Positions 40,245 through 49,374 of a DNA stretch of 64,000 nucleotides are shown piece after piece. The DNA comes from Patescibacteria group bacterium (lineage in GTDB: Bacteria > Patescibacteriota > Minisyncoccia > Phycocordibacterales > Phycocordibacteraceae), in assembly GCA_040388985.1 (NCBI GenBank), contig JAZKAU010000002.1:420114-484113 (forward strand), given 5' to 3'. A program made the translations under genes and the position numbers. The stretch's first letter is position 1. Each line of letters opens with the position of its first letter. The notes under the pieces are model-generated. The model did no database searches. It saw only the letters and a program-made list of their open reading frames with translations, and had not been told where the DNA came from.

Positions 40245-40556
40245 ATGTTCAAGGACGCGCAGAAGAAGCTCGACGACTGGGCGCAGACGCTTGAAGAGCC
40301 GTATTGGCCGCCCTTGTCAGAACTCGCTGCGCTTACGGAGGAAGTGGGCGAAGTCGCCCGCCTCCTGAACCACATGTACGGCAGCAAGCCTAAGAAAGTC
40401 GAAGAGGCGCAACAGGAACTGGGCGGCGAACTCATGGACGTCATCTTCGCGACCATGTGTATCGCAAACAGCCACGGCATCGATCTCGATCCGGAATTCG
40501 AGAAGATGATGGACAAATGCTACGGCAGGGATAAGGACCGCTTCGCGAAGAAATAG
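40245..40556 (+). CDS. MazG-like nucleotide pyrophosphohydrolase
   Basis: 'LTEEVGEVARL' and 'ELGGELMDVIFATMCIANSHGIDL' EExxE/D motifs. Confidence 0.7.
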   Translation: MFKDAQKKLDDWAQTLEEPYWPPLSELAALTEEVGEVARLLNHMYGSKPKKVEEAQQELGGELMDVIFATMCIANSHGIDLDPEFEKMMDKCYGRDKDRFAKK

Positions 40557-40559
40557 TCT

Positions 40560-41456
40560 ATGGCAACCCTCTATCAAGAACGCTCACATAATGTCTGGCG
40601 GACGGCTTTGCTCATGGCTGTCTTCTTGGCGATAGTAGTCGCTATCGGCTACTTCGCGTCCTATTACTACCAGAGCCCCGTCATCCTCTACGTCGCGCTC
40701 CTGTTCGCGGTGTTCATGAATTTCTATAGCTACTGGTTCAGCGACCGTCAGGTGCTCCGAATGACGAACGCGCGCCCCGCTTCCCGCGAGGAGTTCTTCG
40801 ACTTCTATACCGTGACCGAGAACCTCTCCATCACGGCAGGCATTCAGATGCCCAAGCTCTATGTACTCGACGATCCCGCACCGAACGCCTTCGCGACCGG
40901 CCGCAATGAGAAACATGCCGTAGTAGCGGCGACTACGGGTCTTCTCTCCATGATGACCCGTCCGGAACTTGAAGGCGTCATCGCCCACGAGCTCTCGCAT
41001 GTGCGCAATCGCGATATCCTTCTCATGACCGTAGCAGTTGTCCTGGCCGGCTTCATCGCTATCATCGCCGACATCTTCCTGCGCATGTCGATGTGGGGCG
41101 GCGGGAGGCGTGACGATAATAATCAGGGCGGCGGCCTGCTGCTCGTGCTCGGCATAGTAGCGCTTGTCCTCGCGCCCATCGCCGCGCAACTCATCCAGCT
41201 CGCCATCTCCCGCAGGCGCGAGTTCCTTGCGGACGCCTCTGGCGCCTTGCTTACGCGCTACCCGGAGGGTCTGGCCTCGGCGCTTGAGAAGATCGAAGGA
41301 TTTGGCCGTCCGATGCAGAAGGTGAGTCACGCCACCGCGCACCTCTTTATCGGCGACCCGTACGGCGCCAAAGCCACCGGCTGGATCAACCGCCTTTTCT
41401 CTACCCATCCTCCGACCGCCGATCGCATCCGCGCGCTACTCGGTCGTTCTTCATAA
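40560..41456 (+). CDS. htpX: Zinc metalloprotease HtpX homologue (M48)
   Basis: 'HELSHVRNRD' HExxH. Four TM helices. Lies downstream of lemA. Confidence 0.8.
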   Translation: MATLYQERSHNVWRTALLMAVFLAIVVAIGYFASYYYQSPVILYVALLFAVFMNFYSYWFSDRQVLRMTNARPASREEFFDFYTVTENLSITAGIQMPKLYVLDDPAPNAFATGRNEKHAVVAATTGLLSMMTRPELEGVIAHELSHVRNRDILLMTVAVVLAGFIAIIADIFLRMSMWGGGRRDDNNQGGGLLLVLGIVALVLAPIAAQLIQLAISRRREFLADASGALLTRYPEGLASALEKIEGFGRPMQKVSHATAHLFIGDPYGAKATGWINRLFSTHPPTADRIRALLGRSS

Positions 41457-41530
41457 TTAAAAATAAAAGGGAAGTTGGGGGAGCCAGAATTGAGCCTCTG
41501 CTTCCCTTTTGTGCTATAACAATCAATAAC

Positions 41531-41615
41531 GGAGGCGTCGCATAGTGGTCTAGTGCGCACGCTTGGAAAGCGTGTGAACCGCAAGGTTCCGAGAGTTCGA
41601 ATCTCTCCGCCTCCG
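41531..41615 (+). tRNA. tRNA-Ser (GGA)
   Basis: Cloverleaf with 7-bp acceptor (ggaggcg/cgcctcc), anticodon loop ttGGAaa, long variable arm, T-loop ttcgaat. No encoded CCA. Confidence 0.85.
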
Positions 41616-41657
41616 CAGATGTCAAAGAAGGCGCGAGAGCGCCTGATTTGCTACAGC

Positions 41658-41788
41658 TGCGAGAGGCGGAGAGATTCGAAAGCCGGAGGCGCGAAGCCGA
41701 ATCAAGTCTTCGAGATTCGTTGCCGAGGCGTGGTCAAGCGCACTTAGCGAGTCTTCGAGCTTAGTGACGAGTGACCGAATCTCTCCGC
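41658..41788. repeat. Inverted plus direct partial copies of the tRNA-Ser 3' end downstream of the tRNA
   Basis: 'gagaggcggagagattcgaa' (the reverse complement of the tRNA 3' end) at 41658-41679, and 'gaatctctccgcc' (direct copy) at 41776-41788. Confidence 0.6.
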
Positions 41789-41895
41789 CGCTAAACAGCA
41801 GGTGAGCTTTGCAACTATGTTTTAGCAGGATGCCGAGTAATCTCGGCGCCGCTAAGACTTTAGATTCCATGCCAAATTGTAGGGTAGTATTGAAT

Positions 41896-42633
41896 ATGCC
41901 CATGGACAGACAGCCGACCATCTCCGTCATCATCATCGCCCATAACGAGGAGGAGCATATCGGCGCATGCATAGAGCATATCTTGCATCAGACCAAGAAG
42001 GCTGATGAGATAGTAGTCATCGTGCATAACAGCACGGACAGAACGCGGGAGATCGCAGAGTCATATCCGGTCACGGTCGTGTCGTACGAAGGACCGGTAG
42101 GTATCACCTATGCGCGCCTCAAAGGCCTACAGTCCGTTTCCGGGGATATCATCCTATGCACTGACGGTGATTCTCGCGCGAAAGTCGATTGGGTAGAGAC
42201 TCTCGCACGTCTTCTTGGGGCTCGCGATAATAGGCTGGTCGGGTCATACGTACGCCTCGAAGGGAACTTGTTCGTACGGTTGTTCAGCATCGTGCATAAG
42301 TACTCGTGCGCCCGGAAGGACGCCGCAGCCGCTTCGTGGGTGTGGGGCGCGAGCATGGGATTCTGGGGGAAAGATATCGGGCGAGTACGACCGATCTTCG
42401 AACAGGGCAGTTCCCTGTCGAAAGAAATCGGACTATCGCGTAATCCTGAAGATTACTGGCTCGCCCTATTCATGAGTCGGGCAGGAAATATCGAAGTGAC
42501 GAATCACACCTACGTCGCAGTCCGAGCGAAAGAGACGTCATTCTGGCACGGACTCAAGCGAAATCGTGAAAATATCGGTAACGGGGAGCGGATGCTCAAA
42601 TATTTCAAAGAGCATCCCGAGCTTACGTCTTAG
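41896..42633 (+). CDS. Family 2 glycosyltransferase
   Basis: 'ISVIIIAHNEEEHI' and the 'TDGDS' DxD motif. Confidence 0.75.
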   Translation: MPMDRQPTISVIIIAHNEEEHIGACIEHILHQTKKADEIVVIVHNSTDRTREIAESYPVTVVSYEGPVGITYARLKGLQSVSGDIILCTDGDSRAKVDWVETLARLLGARDNRLVGSYVRLEGNLFVRLFSIVHKYSCARKDAAAASWVWGASMGFWGKDIGRVRPIFEQGSSLSKEIGLSRNPEDYWLALFMSRAGNIEVTNHTYVAVRAKETSFWHGLKRNRENIGNGERMLKYFKEHPELTS

Positions 42634-42937
42634 GAATCCACTGGGACTCCTTGAGATCGACTTTCTCACCGCGGAAGATGACTCCTTCCTTCCGAAGCAT
42701 CAGACCCTTAGTCTTGGTACCGTCACCGTAAGCATAGCCCGCAAGGGCTCCAGTAGAACCCACGACCCGGTGGCACGGTACCGCCTCAGTATCCTTATTC
42801 GTGCTCATACAGGTACCCACCGCACGCGCGGCTCCCGGCCTTCCCGCGAGTGCTGCGACTTGGCCGTAGGTTGCGACCTTGCCTTTGGGAATGCTCGCGA
42901 CAACCGCATATACCGTCTGTTTGAAATTGCTTTTCAT
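42623..42937 (-). CDS. ogt: Methylated-DNA--protein-cysteine methyltransferase (Ogt/MGMT, DNA-binding domain only)
   Basis: 'PCHRVVGSTG' active site. 'YGQVAALAGRPGAARAVG' HTH. Confidence 0.85.
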   Translation of the reverse strand: MKSNFKQTVYAVVASIPKGKVATYGQVAALAGRPGAARAVGTCMSTNKDTEAVPCHRVVGSTGALAGYAYGDGTKTKGLMLRKEGVIFRGEKVDLKESQWIPKT

Positions 42938-42977
42938 ATGAAGGCAGTATAGCGCAGACTGAACGATCGCAGCTAGG

Positions 42978-43100
42978 TAGTATACCCCGTATGACAGCTA
43001 GGACTGAAGATAACGAATGCCAGACGTGCAGGTTCACGTGCCCAAGTCTTTCATTTCAGGAATGCCTCTATACGTTGAGGCTGTCATACGGGGTATACTG
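42978..43100. repeat. ~120-bp element bounded by a 20-bp perfect inverted repeat, in the ogt/DUF192 divergent promoter region
   Basis: gtagtataccccgtatgacagc ... gctgtcatacggggtatact. The right arm carries a TATACT -10 six nt before the DUF192 ATG. Confidence 0.8.
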
Positions 43101-43105
43101 AGCAT

Positions 43106-43630
43106 ATGAACCTTAAGAGACATTATGTCCTTTATGGGCTGCTCGCGCTTATCCTCATCGTCGGACTACTACTCCTTCTGTTCCCAAGGCCCGAATTCAT
43201 GTCCTTTACGGCACCCGCGCCTACTAGCGGCGTAGCTACCAGCAGCCCCGGATTACTTCCGGCTACAAATACTCAATCGCTTCAGCCAGCCATGCATTTC
43301 GAGGTAGTGACGAGTACTTCTTCCCAAGCCCTGGGTCTTGGTGGCCGCGCTGATGTGCCCCAGGACTACGGCATGCTCTTCGTCTTCGCAAAACCTGACC
43401 GCTACGGATTCTGGATGAAGGATATGCTGGTACCTATCGATATGATCTGGCTTTCGGACACCGGAACGATACTTTCCATCGACAGCTCGGTAGCACCAAG
43501 CACCTACCCGAAGTCATTCTACCCGCCCGTGCCGGTGCGCTATGTCCTTGAGACCAGGGCAGGCGAGGCAGCTCGCCGCGGATGGAGGGTGGGCACCTAC
43601 GTTGATCTCCCCATCCCATACGGGAAGTAA
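43106..43630 (+). CDS. DUF192 domain protein (secreted/anchored)
   Basis: N-terminal TM. 'DYGMLFVF...YGFWMKDMLVPIDMIWL' is the DUF192 core. Confidence 0.7.
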   Translation: MNLKRHYVLYGLLALILIVGLLLLLFPRPEFMSFTAPAPTSGVATSSPGLLPATNTQSLQPAMHFEVVTSTSSQALGLGGRADVPQDYGMLFVFAKPDRYGFWMKDMLVPIDMIWLSDTGTILSIDSSVAPSTYPKSFYPPVPVRYVLETRAGEAARRGWRVGTYVDLPIPYGK

Positions 43631-43783
43631 CTCCTCTATTCCATCTTGCTCCATCGTCGGAATGAGCAAGTCGCGCGAAGGACAATAGTTCCCGAGAAGG
43701 GCGAGGTCGTGCAGGCCTCGATGCGAGCACTTTGCAAGGAAGCTATTGTCGCATCAAGGCGTAGCGAATGGAGAGTTTCGTGG

Positions 43784-43789
43784 TATAAT
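43784..43789 (+). promoter_or_regulatory. Extended -10 promoter (TGGTATAAT) for rnpB
   Basis: 'cgTGGTATAATgcaactcgg' lies 7 nt upstream of the predicted P1 start. Confidence 0.55.
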
Positions 43790-43795
43790 GCAACT

Positions 43796-44160
43796 CGGAC
43801 CGGCACAGACGATCGCTCGGTCGCAAGATCGAGAGGAAAGTCCGAACACAGGCCAGGGCGCAAGTCCTGGCAGCAGGGTAGCGGGTAACGCCCGTCCGCA
43901 GCGATGCGCGAGGTGCGAGCAGAAACGTTCGATTCCGAAAGGATAGAAGCTCTCCAGCAGAGCGTTCTGGCGGCGACGCCAGAGTGAAACGGCTAAATCC
44001 TTACCTCTGTGCAAGGCCGTGCCGAGCCTATTCTTTAGAATAGGCTCGGAGCGCCGCTTGAATCTTCTAGTAATAGAAGATCTTAGATAGATGGTCGTCT
44101 CCGTCATCCGCCAGCTGGCGGATAGCGGAACAGAATTCGGCTTATCGTGCCGATCCGAAC
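43796..44160 (+). ncRNA. rnpB: RNase P RNA, bacterial type A
   Basis: 'GAGGAAAGTCCGaacACAGgCCAGGGcGCaAGtcCTGGcagcAGGGTAgCgGGTAACGCCcG' matches the conserved P4/P7-P10 core. The 3' 'ACAGAAttCGGCTTA' pairs with 5' 'AGTCCGAA' (P4). P1 pairs 43793-43804 with 44147-44158. A terminator follows. Confidence 0.85.
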
Positions 44161-44165
44161 ATGCG

Positions 44166-44187
44166 AAAACCGCCTTACGGCGGTTTT
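44166..44187 (+). terminator. Terminator after rnpB
   Basis: aaaaccgcc-ttac-ggcggtttt. Confidence 0.65.
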
Positions 44188-44318
44188 CGCTCATTCATCT
44201 GTGAGATGAAATCTGCACGTTCTCCCCACCATATGTGCTATACGGGCGCGATTCCTGGGTATACTTCATAGGTACTTATTAGGTTCAGGGTTAATCCCGT
44301 AATTACGGAGTAAAAAAT

Positions 44319-46754
44319 ATGAACGATACACCAATCGTACCTTCTGCGTCACACCCGCGACGCGTAACGTTCGACATGCTTGCCATCTGGGCACTCTCGC
44401 TTACTGCGGCGGTGGCTGTCTTGGCTTTTATCCCTTCGGCAACGATTCCCTTCATCTATAGCAAGGTATCTCTTATCGCTATAGGCGGACTCATATCGCT
44501 TGTCCTCTATATACTGGCGCGACTCACTCGCGGCAATATAATCGTCCCGCCGGTGGCGCTCGTAGGCGCGTTCTGGCTCGTTCCGCTCGCCTACGCCTTA
44601 TCGACGCTCTTCTCGGGTGCCGGCATGCGCAGCGCACTGCTTGGAACTGAGCTCGAATCCGATACGTTCGGATTCATGCTCATCCTCGCGGTTTTCGCGA
44701 CGATCGTCGCGCTCGCATTCCGCAGGTCAGCTCAGTACCGCCTCTTCTTCAAGATAGGGGGTATCGTGCTTGCTATCGCGCTCGCGCTTCAAGTGCTCTT
44801 TATCATCATAGGTCATGTGACCAGCACGTTTGCCGTAACGACGAACGTCGTCGGCTCATTCGCTGACATGGGTATGCTGGTCGGGCTTGGCGTCACATTG
44901 TCCTTGCTCGCGCTCCGCTTCCTTACCGTAAGCAACCGCAACCGCAAGTTCCTCTGGGCGCTTATCGTCGCCGGACTCGTCGCCCTCGCCCTCGTTAACT
45001 CGGGTCTCATATGGGGCCTCGTCGGTCTTACGGCGCTCGGTCTCTTCATAGAAGCCATCATGCGCAGGCGGGTGGGATCAGTCGACGAAGATTTCGACGG
45101 CGTCGCGACGAGTATCTCAACAGAATCTGAAGCGAGAAATGACGGAGAAACGCAGGGCCTGGGAGCGCCGCTCGCCGTGCTAGTAATCGCGCTCTTCTTT
45201 ATCATCGGCGGAAGCACCATCGGCGCATCCTTGGTCAATGCCTTCGGCGCTAATTACCTGGATGTCCGTCCGTCATGGCAGTCTACTTTCGACGTAGGAA
45301 GCCATACGTACGCTTCTTCGCCGCTCTTCGGTTCCGGGCCCGGTACCTTCGGTACTCAGTGGCTCGCCTTCCGTGATCAGAGCCTCAATAACACCGTATT
45401 CTGGAACGTCGACTTCACGTCAGGCGTGGGCTTCATCCCGACGTCCTTCGTGACCACCGGCATCGCAGGCGCGCTTGCCTGGATCGCCTTCCTCGTCCTC
45501 TTCCTCTATATCGGCATCCGAGCGCTTCTGTTCCGGGCGCCTGAGGAGCCGTTCGTGCGGTACGTATCCATCGCGACGTTCGTAGGCAGCATCTATGTCT
45601 TCACGCTCGCCTTCTTCACGATTCCGGGCCCTGTCGTCTTATTGACCGGATTCGTGTTCGCCGGACTCTTCGTGTCGAGCTTGCGCTATGGCGGAAGCCG
45701 CCGCGAGTGGGGCATCGTCTTCTCGAAGAATCCTCGGGTCGGCTTCGTCATCGTATTCGGCCTTACTCTGCTCCTGCTTGCAAGCGTACTCTCTGCCTAT
45801 GTCGTCATCGAGCGGTATCTGGGCAGCGTCGCGTACGCTGAAGCGGCACAGGCACTCCAGGCAGGGAATATAGCGAAGGCTGAGACCGACATACAGCGCT
45901 CGATACTGTTCGCTCCGAGCGACCGCGCGTATCAGCTGCTCGCGACCGCGAGCGTCATGCAGATGAATGCGATAGCGAATAACTCGACCCTGAGCCCGTC
46001 GGAAGCGCAGCAACAGTTCCAGGCAGCGCTCTCGAACGGCATCTCAGCCGCGACGCTCGCCACGCAGATAGCGCCGCGTAACTATCAGAATTGGGTGGTT
46101 CTCGGCAACGTATATCAATCAGTCGTTCCCTTCAAGATAGCGGGCGCCTACGATAACGCGAAGGCAGCCTTTACCCAGGCCGTGAAGCTCAATCCGACGA
46201 ATCCGACGCTTCCGTTCGCCCTCGCGCAGCTCGAGATAGCGCAGGGTAACGCCGCCGCCGCTGAGACGGATCTGGCGACCGCCATCGGACTCAAGCGCGA
46301 CTACACGCAGGCCATCCTGGTCCTGTCGCAGCTCCAGGTATCCGAAGGTAAGGCTGCCGAGGCGCTCCAGGCTGCTGAAGCTGCCATGTACTTCGCGCCA
46401 AACGACGCGAACGTCCTCTTCCAGGTCGGTATCCTGAAGCTCGGTACCGGTGACGCCGCTGGCGCCGTACAGGTACTGACCGCAGCGGTCAATCAGAACG
46501 CGCAGTATGCGAACGCTCGCTTCTTCCTCGCCGTCGCACTTGCGACCACCGGAAAGAATCCTGAGGCGCTCGCGCAGCTCGAAGCTATCGCCGCGCTCTC
46601 TCCCGAGAACGCACAGGCTGTAGCTGCTGATATCGCGAGTCTCAAGGCAGGAAAGAATCCGTTCACGGCCATCCGCCAAGGAGCGCTCGGTATCCCACAG
46701 ACTCCGGTGAAGGACGCTCCGAAAGCAGGTACCGCTCCGGTTCCGGCTCAGTAG
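44319..46754 (+). CDS. Large polytopic membrane protein: O-antigen ligase/polymerase-like (Wzy_C) domain plus C-terminal TPR repeats
   Basis: At least 12 TM helices, with a large loop characteristic of the RfaL/Wzy family. The C-terminal 300 aa is Ala-rich TPR-like repeats. Confidence 0.6.
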   Translation: MNDTPIVPSASHPRRVTFDMLAIWALSLTAAVAVLAFIPSATIPFIYSKVSLIAIGGLISLVLYILARLTRGNIIVPPVALVGAFWLVPLAYALSTLFSGAGMRSALLGTELESDTFGFMLILAVFATIVALAFRRSAQYRLFFKIGGIVLAIALALQVLFIIIGHVTSTFAVTTNVVGSFADMGMLVGLGVTLSLLALRFLTVSNRNRKFLWALIVAGLVALALVNSGLIWGLVGLTALGLFIEAIMRRRVGSVDEDFDGVATSISTESEARNDGETQGLGAPLAVLVIALFFIIGGSTIGASLVNAFGANYLDVRPSWQSTFDVGSHTYASSPLFGSGPGTFGTQWLAFRDQSLNNTVFWNVDFTSGVGFIPTSFVTTGIAGALAWIAFLVLFLYIGIRALLFRAPEEPFVRYVSIATFVGSIYVFTLAFFTIPGPVVLLTGFVFAGLFVSSLRYGGSRREWGIVFSKNPRVGFVIVFGLTLLLLASVLSAYVVIERYLGSVAYAEAAQALQAGNIAKAETDIQRSILFAPSDRAYQLLATASVMQMNAIANNSTLSPSEAQQQFQAALSNGISAATLATQIAPRNYQNWVVLGNVYQSVVPFKIAGAYDNAKAAFTQAVKLNPTNPTLPFALAQLEIAQGNAAAAETDLATAIGLKRDYTQAILVLSQLQVSEGKAAEALQAAEAAMYFAPNDANVLFQVGILKLGTGDAAGAVQVLTAAVNQNAQYANARFFLAVALATTGKNPEALAQLEAIAALSPENAQAVAADIASLKAGKNPFTAIRQGALGIPQTPVKDAPKAGTAPVPAQ

Positions 46755-46770
46755 CGTACAATAGAGCGTA

Positions 46771-48483
46771 ATGGTGCGTCGCATCCTCACCCGAATCACG
46801 GCGCCCGTGCGCAGCATTACCCGACCGATACGCGGCCTGCATCAGGCCGCGTATCTGCTTGCCGGGCTCACGCTTGCCTCGCAAGCGCTCGCCCTGCTGC
46901 GCGATCGCATCTTCGCGCACATGTTCGGTGCAGGCCAGGTGCTCGACCTCTATTACGCTGCCTTCAAGGTCCCTGACCTGGTGTATGCGCTGGTCGTATC
47001 GCTCGTGTCGGCTTACGTGCTCATCCCGAAACTATCTGAACGTATAGAACGTGAAGGGAAGCCGTCGGCGCAGAAGCTCATCTCGCAGGCGGCCACCTTC
47101 CTGCTCGCCTTCGGCGGCATCGTCTGCATCGTCTTCGCGCTCTTCGCGCCGTTCTTCCTCTTCAAGCTCTTCCCGACGTTCCAGGCGTCCGCGCACCGCG
47201 GGGAATTCATCTTCCTGGCGCGACTGCTACTCATCCAGCCAATCTTGCTCGGACTCTCGAGCGTGCTCTCAAGCGTCACGCAGATAGAGCGTCGGTTCTT
47301 CCTCTTCGCCATGTCCCCGGTCCTCTATAACCTGGGCATCATCCTCGGGACCGTCTTGCTCTATCCGAGCCTCGGGCTTGTCGGTATCGGTATCGGGGTA
47401 GTCATAGGCGCTCTCGTGCACCTGCTGCTGCACGTGCCGGTGGTGGTGCGCGCAGGCCTCATGCCGCGACTCACGCTTCCGAACATGCGGGAACTGCTCG
47501 CGCTCTTCAAGGACTCGCTACCGCGCTCGCTCGCGCTCGCTATGGGTTCGCTCACGACGCTCCTGCTGATATCGCTCGCTTCGCGCGAAGGGGAAGGCGG
47601 CGTGGCCGTATACACGCTTGCGGGGAATCTCGAAGCGGTACCGCTCTCGCTCATAGCGGCGTCGTACGTTACTGCCGCCTTCCCGGTCATGGCCGAGCAA
47701 GCGGGCGCGGCTCGGTTCGATGCATTCAAGGAAACCGTGACGGTGGCCGCGCGTCACATCATCTTCTGGTCGTCGGTCGTGACGGTCCTTGCCGTGGTGC
47801 TGCGCGCTCACATCGTACGTATCGTGCTCGGCTCCGGACAGTTCAACTGGGACGATACGCGTCTCACCGCAGCGATTCTCGCCGTGCTGGTCATGGGACT
47901 TCTCGCGCAGGGAATCATCCTCCTGTGTTCGCGCGCTTTCTACGCGGCGGGACGCTCGTGGAACCCGCTGCTCGTGCAGCTCGGGGATGCGGGCATATCG
48001 GTGGCTATCGCCTACGGCCTCGTGCATCTTGCGCGCGCCGAACCGATGATCCGCTACTTCATGGAGGCGCTGCTTCGTGTCGAAGACGTGCCGGGAGCCT
48101 CCGTGCTCTTCATCGCGCTCGGCTATACCATCGGCCAGTTCGTGATGGTTACGGTCGCGCTCTGCACGCTCAAGGTTGTGGCGGGCGGCGTCGCACGTTC
48201 GCTTACCAGATCCTTGTTCGAAGGACTCGGCGCAGCCATACTCGGCGGCGCGGCCAGCTACGGCGTGCTCACCTTCGTGGGTACTATCGCGCCGCTTACG
48301 CGGGTAGGGACCGTCTTTGCGGACGGTGCCCTTGCTGGTATGGTAGGACTTATAGTGGCTGGTAGCGTGCTCGCCCTCCTTGAGAACCGGGAATTCCGCG
48401 ACCTCGTCGACTCCCTAAAGCGCCTCACTTCGACCAAGGCTCTCCAACCATTCAGTCCTATTCATGACCGCACGGATCCGTAA
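46771..48483 (+). CDS. murJ: Lipid II flippase MurJ (MviN)
   Basis: N-terminal 'LLRDRIFAHMFGAGQVLDLYYAAFKVPDL' signature. 14 TM helices. Confidence 0.85.
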   Translation: MVRRILTRITAPVRSITRPIRGLHQAAYLLAGLTLASQALALLRDRIFAHMFGAGQVLDLYYAAFKVPDLVYALVVSLVSAYVLIPKLSERIEREGKPSAQKLISQAATFLLAFGGIVCIVFALFAPFFLFKLFPTFQASAHRGEFIFLARLLLIQPILLGLSSVLSSVTQIERRFFLFAMSPVLYNLGIILGTVLLYPSLGLVGIGIGVVIGALVHLLLHVPVVVRAGLMPRLTLPNMRELLALFKDSLPRSLALAMGSLTTLLLISLASREGEGGVAVYTLAGNLEAVPLSLIAASYVTAAFPVMAEQAGAARFDAFKETVTVAARHIIFWSSVVTVLAVVLRAHIVRIVLGSGQFNWDDTRLTAAILAVLVMGLLAQGIILLCSRAFYAAGRSWNPLLVQLGDAGISVAIAYGLVHLARAEPMIRYFMEALLRVEDVPGASVLFIALGYTIGQFVMVTVALCTLKVVAGGVARSLTRSLFEGLGAAILGGAASYGVLTFVGTIAPLTRVGTVFADGALAGMVGLIVAGSVLALLENREFRDLVDSLKRLTSTKALQPFSPIHDRTDP

Positions 48484-48537
48484 TTTTAGTTATCTATTAT
48501 AGCTCCACTAGCTCACGTCATGATATAGTATGAGGGT

Positions 48538-49374
48538 ATGGGAAGATCCAAAGTCCTTATACCTGAGGACGACTTGAAGCGACTGTATATTAGTGAGCAT
48601 TGGTCACCCGCAAAAATTGGTGATACATATGGTTGCAATTCCATCACTGTACGTTCCCGCCTGATTGAAGCCGGAATCCCATTGAAGACAAAAAGCGCCG
48701 CCCATACGCGGTATCCTAAAAGCGATTTCAATGGATCAGATATTGAAAAAGCATATATGCTGGGTTTTCGATACGGAGATTTGAACGTCTACTTGCCTCG
48801 AGGAAAATCAGAAACCATAGTCGTGCGTTCGCATTCGACGCTTGCCGTGCAAGGAAATTTGTTCAAGAGACTTTTTGAGTCCTACGGAACGATTACTGTT
48901 TCTAAGAATGTAAGAAGTACTCAAATGACTACATATCTGAATATGAGCTTCAGCTTTCTTCTCGGTAAGTATCCGACTGAAATGCGAGAATGGCTTGCCT
49001 CGTCCAATGAAAGACTTTGGTCATTTGCAGCGGGGTACATAGATGCGGAAGGAACATTCGGACTAAATCAAGGTAAGGGTAGGTTCAAGATAGACGCATA
49101 CGATTACGAAATTCTATTCGACATACATTCTCTTTTTCTTCACTCAGGCATCAATAGCAAATTTCGCGTCATTGCTCGAAAAGGAGAGAATGATTATGGT
49201 TGGATATGGAAACATGACCTTTGGAGGATCTCCGTGAATGAAGCGAAATCAATCGAAACGCTGATACACAAAAGCAAACCTTACATGCTTCACGAAAAGC
49301 GCATTACTGACGCAAATATGGTATTACAGAATATAGCTGAACGCAGAGTACATGGAACCATTGCATATCACTAG
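48538..49374 (+). mobile_element. Free-standing LAGLIDADG homing endonuclease gene (two motifs, N-terminal HTH-like region); GC ~45% versus ~60% for the flanks
   Basis: 'YMLGFRYGDLNVY' and 'AAGYIDAEGTFGL' LAGLIDADG motifs. Sharp GC drop across 48490-49380. The 3' end overlaps the lepA start by 23 nt. Confidence 0.75.
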